From: Patescibacteria group bacterium
GTDB lineage: Bacteria > Patescibacteriota > Dojkabacteria > JAKAPS01
Length of the DNA: 63,246 nt
Reading direction: 5' to 3'
NCBI GenBank assembly: GCA_025450075.1
Contig: JANWIC010000006.1
Coordinates: forward strand, 1 to 63,246
Shown here: piece after piece, positions 55,954-63,246 of the stretch
Layout: each line of letters opens with the position of its first letter
How positions within the stretch are numbered: position 1 is the stretch's first letter
Position numbers and translations under genes: made by a program
Notes under the pieces: generated by a model
Told to the model about the DNA's origin: nothing
Seen by the model: the letters and a program-made list of their open reading frames with translations, nothing else
Databases searched by the model: none

Positions 55954-57576
55954 TCAGGAAAATAATTTTATAAGAATTTCTCTTCTTCTTTTACTTGTCT
56001 CTGGGGTATTTTTACCATATTTCTCTATTCCTAAGTATTCAAAAAATTCCTCCTTCGTCATGAGTGCTGTTTCTGGTGATAATTTCTCTGCTCGGGAGAG
56101 AATTAAAATGGCAAGAGGATTACTTAATGCTAAAGGCACGATTAGTATATATGCTTGAATTGCCTCAAAAATGTCTTGCATAGTCAGAGTTTTCCCACTT
56201 TCAATAAGCTCCATAAGATAATCATAACGGCGCGGATCAATTTGAAGACTTACCTCCATGTCGTTTACCATATCTTTTTGTTCCTCTTTGGAAAGTTGCT
56301 CCATTCTTTGTGAAAGTAGTTCTATAAAACCTTTAAAATCTTGTCTTAGTGAATAATCTATTATCTCATCTGTAGAAGAAGTTAGGCCGGCTTGAATAAG
56401 AGTTTTCATACCCCTTACAAGTAGGCCATATCCGCCAAGTTTTAGGAATGAATCAGGAAAGCCATTAGGGTCCCTATCAAGCAAGCCTGCTTTTGTAAAT
56501 AATTCTGCTGTTCCAAAATCTGTTAGTGCCTCGAGAACTAGTTCTTCCCATGACCCTGGATCTGGAATGCGTATTTCCTTTGTGTATGTTCCATTCGCAT
56601 GAATGGCCTCATGGATTAGTGTTGATGTGGCTCGCAATGCCTGACGTTCAACTGCTGTTATGGGTGTATTATCAGTAATTTCATTCACCTTAACGCACAA
56701 TCCGGGACAGTTTGGATCTATTACAAAACGATAATCTTGCTCAGATATACCGGCTATCCTTTCTGAACGGGGAACCATTCTTTCAAACATACCCCATGGT
56801 TGATATACTTCAACAGATCTAAAATATACAATTCCTCCATCTGGTGGAAATCGAAGTTTTATAGCACCTGGCTCATTTAGATATCCTTCAATTCTATCAA
56901 GCGGTTGCTTTATGAATTGCGCACTCTCTCTTGCAGTTTGTTCATCTCCTAGCATTTTCGTTATGATAGCTATGGTTCCATCTGGGGACAATCTTTGAGT
57001 GAGAAAATAGTCAACTATAAAATCATTATCATCAAGAGGAGACAAGTTTGAGAACAGGAAAAGATAGTATATTCGTGCAATATCTTGTTGAATGTGAGGA
57101 TCAGTAACACGTTTATATGCTTCTCTAAAAACTGCCAATATATGAAATCTATTTGTCATTACATCAGGGATTTTTAATGTAGAAATGACATTAGTTGCGC
57201 GTTTGGCAAGTTCTTGATATTCATCATCAGATAATTCATCTTGAGATCCAAGCTGCTTTCTCAGCAAAGTATCAGGTATTTTTACTTGATTATTATGCGT
57301 TTCTACTTTTTTAAGTTCCATCTTCTCAACTTCCTCATCAGAATATTTAATTTCAGGCTCGTCTCCAACATCTTGGATTCTTTCAACGTAAGCCATTTTT
57401 AATTGTAGGATTTCTCGTTTATAATTGCTATATGTGGGTGGGGTTAATTCATCAAACTTTTCAGCTAATGTTGGGTAGTTAGTTTCACGGATTTCTTCCT
57501 CTTTTCTTAGTAAAGATTGTAACATTAATTCCATTACATCTCTTTCGTTCTGAACTTCTATAGTATTTATATCCAT
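55954..57576 (-). CDS. large orphan protein with HExxH zincin-like motif
   Basis: 540 aa. TLIHEAIHANG (nt 56599-56613) followed ~20 aa later by WEELVLEALTDF (possible third-ligand Glu). No signal peptide. Confidence 0.7.
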   Translation of the reverse strand: MDINTIEVQNERDVMELMLQSLLRKEEEIRETNYPTLAEKFDELTPPTYSNYKREILQLKMAYVERIQDVGDEPEIKYSDEEVEKMELKKVETHNNQVKIPDTLLRKQLGSQDELSDDEYQELAKRATNVISTLKIPDVMTNRFHILAVFREAYKRVTDPHIQQDIARIYYLFLFSNLSPLDDNDFIVDYFLTQRLSPDGTIAIITKMLGDEQTARESAQFIKQPLDRIEGYLNEPGAIKLRFPPDGGIVYFRSVEVYQPWGMFERMVPRSERIAGISEQDYRFVIDPNCPGLCVKVNEITDNTPITAVERQALRATSTLIHEAIHANGTYTKEIRIPDPGSWEELVLEALTDFGTAELFTKAGLLDRDPNGFPDSFLKLGGYGLLVRGMKTLIQAGLTSSTDEIIDYSLRQDFKGFIELLSQRMEQLSKEEQKDMVNDMEVSLQIDPRRYDYLMELIESGKTLTMQDIFEAIQAYILIVPLALSNPLAILILSRAEKLSPETALMTKEEFFEYLGIEKYGKNTPETSKRRREILIKLFS

Positions 57577-57670
57577 TATTTAGAATCATAATTACAACAA
57601 TAATACATTACTTTGTTTGTAAATAATACTCCAGGCATGTAAGCTTAAATGATGACTATACTAAATAATA

Positions 57671-57793
57671 TCAGGCTAAAAATAATAGATCTTTTTGTTT
57701 ATTTCCATCTGAGAATGGATGAACTTTAATGACAAAATTGTGAAAATGAGCAGTCTTTTCTTCAACTGTAGAATACACTTCTTTATTATCCAT
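57671..57793 (-). pseudogene. 40-codon remnant of a Fic/DOC-family gene
   Basis: The reverse frame reads MDNKEVYSTVEEKTAHFHNFVIKVHPFSDGNKQKDLLFLA*. HPFSDGNKQK is a degenerate Fic motif (canonical HxFx[D/E]GNGRxxR). GGAGGA lies 11 nt upstream of the ATG. Confidence 0.4.
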
Positions 57794-58146
57794 ATTATGT
57801 AATTCCTCCAGAGATGATTATATCCGTCCAGAATGAATTTTACAAAGAAGTAGAACTATAACTTTAGTTAAAAATTCCATCTTGGGGTATATTGAAGTAT
57901 TGATGTAGATGGTGTCCATGCGAGTCCTAAATGGGTTGATATTTTAACAGATGGGTATATTATGTAGATGTTAAATACCTGCATTACATTTGCAAATCAA
58001 ATCAAATTTAGGGATCTGAATATATGAATTTGCCAATGTATGACATATAATTAATAAATTGATATATGTCAAAATCTGGAATGCAATGTGTAAAAATACA
58101 GATGGGGTAAATAATAAGTCAAATTTGTATATAAAATTATAACTAT

Positions 58147-58737
58147 ATGAATGAAATAAAATTTACTAGGATAAGTTGGAATAGGTTTGGTGAATTATGT
58201 GATGAATTGTATCAAAAAATCGAAACATATTTGAAGATGACAGGTAAACATATTGACCTGATAATCCCAATGATGCGGGAAGGCGGATTTGTTGCTCTTA
58301 CCTTATCGTATAAATTGAATACTTACAAAGTGTTACCGCTTCATTCTAAGCATGTATTTAAGCAGGATCATTATGAAATACTTCAGATGGCAGATTTTCC
58401 TAAAACATATTACGATATTCCCCAATCCCCTCTTATATTGCTTGTAGATGTCCTTTCTTTTTCAGGAAAGAGTGGAAACCTTGCTTATCAGAGGGTAAAG
58501 GAGAGATTTCCAAGAAGTAGCATTTTGTTTGCATATATTTTAAAAGATTATACCACTATTGAATTTGAAGGTTTTGAAAAGACATTTTCTGTCATAACTG
58601 CTGATGATCATAATATGCTTTCAGATGAAGATGCAGTAAATCAAGGAATTGATAAACATGTATATTTGTTTCCCTGGCAGAATGAAGAAGAGGAAAAAGC
58701 TTCAATACTTCAAAGAGATTACCAGTATAGCAACTGA
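58147..58737 (+). CDS. phosphoribosyltransferase-like protein (type I PRTase fold)
   Basis: N-terminal ISWNRFGELCDELYQKI...IIPMMREGGFVAL pattern of Gpt/Hpt-like PRTases. The PRPP loop ILLVDVLSFSGKSG has the second acidic residue replaced (canonical VDD..xTGxT). Confidence 0.55.
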   Translation: MNEIKFTRISWNRFGELCDELYQKIETYLKMTGKHIDLIIPMMREGGFVALTLSYKLNTYKVLPLHSKHVFKQDHYEILQMADFPKTYYDIPQSPLILLVDVLSFSGKSGNLAYQRVKERFPRSSILFAYILKDYTTIEFEGFEKTFSVITADDHNMLSDEDAVNQGIDKHVYLFPWQNEEEEKASILQRDYQYSN

Positions 58738-58859
58738 ACTTTTGCAAGAATAACTAAAATTGTTTATTAATAGTGGGCTTTTAGAAATTCCGACAAAAGA
58801 AATTGAAACATATGAAATTTCTCTGATTCTTTAAAACGTGAAAGCAACAACTCTATGTC

Positions 58860-59339
58860 TTATTCGTTTACTACATTTCCTCCAATGATTCTGTGGTAGA
58901 AATAAGGATCATTTTTGAAGATAATTTCTTCATAACCCCAGAACTCATTTATATCACCTTCTTGGGTATATGTATATTTCCATATTCCGTCAATAAATTC
59001 ATGCGGACCTCTAAAAGATATAAAACCAGGTTCTTCCGCAAAAAGTGCTTTCTTTAAAAACTCGAATGTTTCATCAGCATATGCTTCTTTTCCCTCAAAC
59101 ATCCCACCACCGTACGTGGATGACCATATTGGAGTACCATTAAATCGTACAACTTCCATACCTCGTGACCGGATGTATCCTGTATAACTATCTCTATATG
59201 ATAGTTCTCCTTCTTCATAACCAAGTTCATTAAAGCCAGGTCTTTCGCTAACTACTTCTTCTCCATTTCCTGCAAACGTTGCTCTAGCTGCGCGTTTTAT
59301 GAATTCATATAGTTCAATTGGTGATAATGGATTTAACAT
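58860..59339 (-). CDS. DUF5680-like protein (uncertain)
   Basis: ATFAGNGEEV..RPGFNELGYEEGELSYRDSYTGY...G.EVV.FNGTPIWSSTYGGG resembles DUF5680 as I recall it. Not verifiable here. Confidence 0.35.
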   Translation of the reverse strand: MLNPLSPIELYEFIKRAARATFAGNGEEVVSERPGFNELGYEEGELSYRDSYTGYIRSRGMEVVRFNGTPIWSSTYGGGMFEGKEAYADETFEFLKKALFAEEPGFISFRGPHEFIDGIWKYTYTQEGDINEFWGYEEIIFKNDPYFYHRIIGGNVVNE

Positions 59340-59433
59340 CCGAATATTATAATTGATTTATGTATTTTTTAACTAAGTTAAAGAGTTTCTATCTCTTTGG
59401 GATTCTTCAATTTTAGTGGTGTTCAAAAACGTA

Positions 59434-60339
59434 TTAAATCTGATTATGGTTTATCTTATATATAGAAACATATTTTTGAATCATTGTAAATAATTGAGGA
59501 AAAGCAATAGAAATGAGTATGAGTAATGTTCCTAATAAGGAAAATATATCAAATGATTGTTTAAAAATTAGTATACCAAAAATTATTGCAAACAATATTT
59601 CGCTTAATCCTAAAAGGGAACCAATTATTGCTTCGGTATGTTTAAACCCTTCAATAACAAAAAGCATGGCAAGAAGCATAGCTATAGTGTATGCAATCTC
59701 AGCAAAACTACCTATAGAGAATAAGCTTGTTGGAACAGGATCTTTAATAAGTACAGAAATAATAAAATTTACTAGTGCAGTGGCACCAAATATATACACA
59801 AGAATTTGATTTGAAGTATATTCTCGTGAAACTTTTTTTGTTAATGAGGTATCAAAAGCTCCTAAACTTCCAGCAAAAATGGTCCCAATAGCCCCAAGAA
59901 TGCTCGCGCCAGTTAAGGAAAACCGAAAGATAAGAAACATTCCAACGAATGCCAAAATCAATGAGATTACTTTTATATGACTTAATACTTCTTTAAAAAA
60001 TATTACTCCAAAAATATATCCAGTAATAACTAACGACGTATAGAAAAATAATGTTGCAGTTCCAATTGGCATTGTATGAAATGCGTAGAAATATGGAGCA
60101 GCACTGAATGATACAAGTGAAATAAGGAAAAACCAAATATAATCTTTCTTTTGTATCTTTTTAAAATCTTTTCTCACTATTCCGATTGGAATAATGATTG
60201 CAAGTATAAGTAAACTTCTTATCCAAGCTTGGGAAAAATTACCAAATGAAGTTGCCATTAATTTTGCCCATATGCCGTAGCTTCCAAAGAATAATGCTGA
60301 AAATGTTATGTATAATATCCCCTTAGTTTCAGTTTTCAT
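59434..60339 (-). CDS. EamA/DMT-family transporter
   Basis: 301 aa, 10 TM helices in two homologous halves. Confidence 0.75.
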   Translation of the reverse strand: MKTETKGILYITFSALFFGSYGIWAKLMATSFGNFSQAWIRSLLILAIIIPIGIVRKDFKKIQKKDYIWFFLISLVSFSAAPYFYAFHTMPIGTATLFFYTSLVITGYIFGVIFFKEVLSHIKVISLILAFVGMFLIFRFSLTGASILGAIGTIFAGSLGAFDTSLTKKVSREYTSNQILVYIFGATALVNFIISVLIKDPVPTSLFSIGSFAEIAYTIAMLLAMLFVIEGFKHTEAIIGSLLGLSEILFAIIFGILIFKQSFDIFSLLGTLLILISIAFPQLFTMIQKYVSIYKINHNQI

Positions 60340-60571
60340 CCATATGAATTGATGAGCTAATTATACTTCATAAATACCTATTTTGGTAGTTTGAAATCCC
60401 ATCAAGGGTATACAAATTTATTGATTTGAAAGAAGCTTTATATGGTTCCACATTGAAAATATAACGGATCTAATTAGTACAAGTGACAAAAAATATGAAG
60501 AAATGAAATTTCAAAATATTAATAACAAAATCATTTAAATTTCGATTTAATGATGAGATTTTAAATAAAAT

Positions 60572-61055
60572 ATGGTAAAGAACACTATTGGAGTGATATT
60601 AATGGCATATTGCTCACCTGCTACACTTAACGATATTCCTACATATCTTACAAAAATCTATAGAGGAAAAGAGTTCGATAAATCTCTTGTAAAAGAATTC
60701 CAAAGACGTTAATCACTTATTGGCGGCTCACCTTTGATTAAAATTACTCAAGAGCGAGCTAAGTCATTAGAAAATTTACTAAATAGTAATTCTTCTAATA
60801 TCAAATATATTGTAAAAGTAGGAATGCGTTTCTCTCCCCCTTTTATCCAAGAAGTGATTTTTGGATTTAGCAAAAAGTGTGGATGTACCAATTGGGATTA
60901 TTATGTCACCTCAATATTCTCACATTATTATGAAAGGATATATTGATACATTTAATAATTCATTGGAAAACGATAATGTTTTACATGGAGTTGCTACTAC
61001 TTGGCATAACAATAGATATTTTATTAATCAAAAAAATCGTAAAATTTGTGAGTAA
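60572..61055 (+). pseudogene. hemH: ferrochelatase pseudogene (nonsense + frameshift + 3' truncation)
   Basis: MVKNTIGVILMAYCSPATLNDIPTYLTKIYRGKEFDKSLVKEFQRR*SLIGGSPLIKITQERAKSLENLL aligns with B. subtilis HemH [65 protein letters not shown]. TAA at 60710-60712 replaces the conserved Tyr. Frame changes at the T5 run 60858-60862 (..VGMRFSPPFIQEVI|LDLAKSVDVPIGIIMSPQYS..). The ORF ends after ~160 codons, so the C-terminal lobe is missing. Confidence 0.75.
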
Positions 61056-61108
61056 AAAATTTCTAAGTTGAAATTCCTTCTCAAATTGTTTTTGATATAT
61101 AAGTGTCT

Positions 61109-61567
61109 TTAGTCTTTATATTCTTCAACCGGCCTATATTCATCAAGGAATTCAGGAATATACTTTTCTCTATTAACATATTCTTCCAATTTACCAATTT
61201 TTCTTCTTAATTCTTCTTCTCTTCCTAGTACAATAATTCCATCACCAGAGGCAATACCTGCATCGTTACATATCTCTAAGCCTTTAAAAATATAACATTC
61301 AATCATTGGTCCCGAATCACTCCAATTTTTCATACTATGTACCCAAATATCTGCCATTCTTTGATTTTCAAGGTTCCAGACAAAAATAATATGATATTCA
61401 CCTCGATTTATTTCGGGATGTCTTGCAAATAATTCATTTAAGTATTTTTTAATTTCTCCCTTATTTTTGAAAACATCATAAACTGGGTTTTCATCTTTTG
61501 CAGGATATATGATTAGTGAAATATTGTTGATTTTGTGTGAGAATGGAATATATTGTCTATCGGCCAT
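61109..61567 (-). CDS. hypothetical protein
   Basis: ATG at 61567 (MADRQYIPF) preferred over TTG 61612. No recognisable motif. Confidence 0.6.
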   Translation of the reverse strand: MADRQYIPFSHKINNISLIIYPAKDENPVYDVFKNKGEIKKYLNELFARHPEINRGEYHIIFVWNLENQRMADIWVHSMKNWSDSGPMIECYIFKGLEICNDAGIASGDGIIVLGREEELRRKIGKLEEYVNREKYIPEFLDEYRPVEEYKD

Positions 61568-61706
61568 AATTTTATTGTTGATATTTTGATAATAGCATAA
61601 TTCCAAATACAAGAATAGTTTGAAATCTGATTTTTGCGGTACTTATTGGGTTGGTGAAAAATAAGTTAGGTATTGATTCTAACAAAAAATCCTATCTCTG
61701 CAATGA

Positions 61707-62339
61707 TTATAGATTTATTGTACGGTCAAACCTTGCCTTTTTATTCATTAAAAAGTTTGTAATGCTTTTTGGAACAATTTGATCTGGTTTAACACCAACT
61801 TTGGTTAAATAATCTTTAATAATTTGTTTTGCGTTTTCTGAATTATTTTGTGAGGTGATAATTTCTATTTCAGTGGCTAATCCAAAATCATATATATTAT
61901 CCAAAATAACTGTCATATTAGTATCTTTAAGATAATATGACTTTCGTGTTTTTTGTAGCTTGAAAAATGGCTTAAACCCCAAAGTCTGTAAAATTGTATA
62001 AGATTCTTTAAATGATGACACTTCTGTTTCATGTTCTTCCCAAGCATTGTGATCACCAAAGGTTGTAATAACTTTGATATTTAAGTCTGTAACTTTTAAG
62101 TTTTTATTTTCTTTTTCTCTAAGTCTCAGGCTATATGTACCTACTTCATTCATTTCTATCTCTGAAAACTCTTTAACCTCATTTTTACAGAAATAAAGAT
62201 CAATTAATTTTTCTTCTCCTTTGTACTCAGCTTTACTGGCATCTAGACTTGCTAAAAGAGCCTTTGCTTGGATTTCATCTAAGATTGCTCTGATTTCGAC
62301 TTCAATATTATCTTGTGTTTTATTTGAGTCATCTTTCAT
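61707..62339 (-). CDS. CYTH-domain protein (CyaB-like class IV adenylyl cyclase / triphosphatase family)
   Basis: IEVEIRAIL start strand, LIDLYF, YSLRLRE, EHETEV, KTRKSY and LDNIYDFGLATEIEI follow the CYTH pattern (EiE.K...D.Yf...lRiR...E.E...K.R..y...lD.v..lG.f.EiE). Confidence 0.65.
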   Translation of the reverse strand: MKDDSNKTQDNIEVEIRAILDEIQAKALLASLDASKAEYKGEEKLIDLYFCKNEVKEFSEIEMNEVGTYSLRLREKENKNLKVTDLNIKVITTFGDHNAWEEHETEVSSFKESYTILQTLGFKPFFKLQKTRKSYYLKDTNMTVILDNIYDFGLATEIEIITSQNNSENAKQIIKDYLTKVGVKPDQIVPKSITNFLMNKKARFDRTINL

Positions 62340-62451
62340 ATATAAATTAGTAATGTTTATAAGTATCTTAGCCGATGAGCCTTATTATTTCAAATGGAAA
62401 AAAATTATTTTCCTTACTTTTTCAAATAAACAGTATAATCAAAACCCCACT

Positions 62452-62769
62452 ATGTATAATGAATTAATTCATTTGATAGAGCATCAGTGCAATTGTGAGA
62501 TAAAATATAAGTGGTTTAGTGAGAGTCAGTTGAAAAGTCCAGAACAAGTTTATTTTGAGGAGGCAATGCAAAGGTTAGAACCTCAGGAAAGACCGACTAA
62601 TAGGGAAGAAATGAAAGTTTTGGCTTCAAAAAATCTCATAATGGGTTCCACATGGGACACTATTCGAACCCGTGAATTCATTTTTTCAATTCTAGATACA
62701 TCAAATAAAATATACGTTGAGATGAATGTTACTGAACTTCCCCAGAAATTGTTGAGAGTGGAAGCTTAG
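62452..62769 (+). CDS. small hypothetical protein (105 aa)
   Basis: The upstream part of track ORF 62221-62769 is antisense to the CYTH gene. ATG 62452 (MYNELIHL) lies 12 nt after TATAAT (62434-62439). Confidence 0.4.
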   Translation: MYNELIHLIEHQCNCEIKYKWFSESQLKSPEQVYFEEAMQRLEPQERPTNREEMKVLASKNLIMGSTWDTIRTREFIFSILDTSNKIYVEMNVTELPQKLLRVEA

Positions 62770-63246
62770 AAAGGCCATCATTTACTACCCACACATTATC
62801 TCCCACAAAAGCAATGCTTTTTGTGTTATCAGACATAAGGAGGTTATTACTATTTAAAACATACCATTTATTACTAGTTGGGTTATATACACCAATACCA
62901 TTGTATTGACTACTTAACCAAAGCAGACTATCAAAACTGATCAAGCTACTCGGATAAACCCCATTACCTTGCTGTAAAAGAGATTGTGGAACATTTATTT
63001 GAGTTTGGGTTCCTGAATTAGTATTTTTTTGCGTAACCTGTGTTATATAAAGAGATCGCTCATTATCTTGTATATTCCCATTTAGCTGCCATGAATAGCT
63101 AGAATTCCGTGTAGGGCCAGTACATGCTTGAGGTGTTAGAGTTTGTTGAAATTCGTTATTACTTAAGTTGTAAGAATAAGCAATATTGCATTTTGCATAA
63201 TTCCCAAAATCATTTGGTTGATAAGTTACATTGCTTGTTGTGAAGG
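62729..63246 (-). CDS. C-terminal part of an exported-looking Asn/Ser/Thr/Gln-rich protein (N-terminus beyond window end)
   Basis: The reverse frame is stop-free from 63244 down to the stop at 62729-62731. The 71-aa track ORF (TTG start) is therefore only the tail. Translation: ...NVTYQPNDFGNYAKCNIAYSYNLSNNEFQQTLTPQACTGPT...SIAFVGDNVWVVNDGLSKL (beta-propeller-blade-like). Confidence 0.55.
   Translation of the reverse strand, partial: FTTSNVTYQPNDFGNYAKCNIAYSYNLSNNEFQQTLTPQACTGPTRNSSYSWQLNGNIQDNERSLYITQVTQKNTNSGTQTQINVPQSLLQQGNGVYPSSLISFDSLLWLSSQYNGIGVYNPTSNKWYVLNSNNLLMSDNTKSIAFVGDNVWVVNDGLSKLPLSTISGEVQ

Noticed and set aside
1-63246. Search for rRNA, tRNA, tmRNA, RNase P or SRP RNA, CRISPR repeats, transposases, integrases and phage modules.
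   Set aside because: None recognised. The only T-loop-like strings (gttcgaaccc at 24458-24466, ttcgaacc at 62663-62670) lie inside coding regions and lack acceptor and anticodon stems. No regularly spaced direct repeats were seen. The accessory-looking right third has no recombinase or flanking repeats, so I do not call it a mobile element.

Overview
This is an AT-rich (about one-third GC by eye), densely coding bacterial chromosome segment. The standard bacterial code fits: TGA, TAA and TAG all terminate well-supported genes. I count roughly 70 protein-coding genes and could not recognise any rRNA, tRNA, CRISPR array, transposase or integrase.

Region 1-45 kb:
- Housekeeping and envelope genes: PIF1-type helicase, uppS, gltX, a PDZ-less HtrA-type protease, a Znu/Tro-type metal ABC importer, YibE/F, a PAP2 phosphatase, a GT-C glycosyltransferase, pgi, transaldolase and an ABC-2 exporter.
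- A same-strand salvage/detox block: an active plus a catalytically dead deaminase pair, an alpha/beta hydrolase, an aldehyde dehydrogenase, an isochorismatase and DinB.
- A C50-type carotenoid cluster: crtI, crtB, a small lycopene-cyclase subunit and a cyclase-subunit::UbiA-elongase fusion. It is translationally coupled to a stand-alone MprF-C-terminal-like (DUF2156) transferase. I rate this the most system-like novelty in the window.
- A 33-41.5 kb stretch unusually rich in nucleotide-cleaving enzymes (HD, three or four NUDIX, a divergent PNP/MTAN-like nucleosidase), paired with orphan proteins.

Region 45-63 kb looks accessory:
- Large orphan proteins, two of them carrying HExxH zincin motifs.
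- A start/stop-overlapping pair of an Acg-type nitroreductase and an ANL adenylating enzyme.
- Five decayed genes (hemH, a DUF1801 protein, a C39-like peptidase, a Fic remnant, a paralogue of the 45188-45910 gene), with two more at 20.2 kb and 27.5-27.9 kb.

Most start codons lack a Shine-Dalgarno sequence, and many sit a few nt downstream of TATAAT-like boxes.

The orphan content, PT-linker surface proteins and gene decay suggest an uncultivated, reduced, partner-dependent lineage. CPR/Patescibacteria-like is my guess only and cannot be shown from this window.

All functional calls come from motif and pattern recognition by eye. No searches were run, and start codons are approximate.
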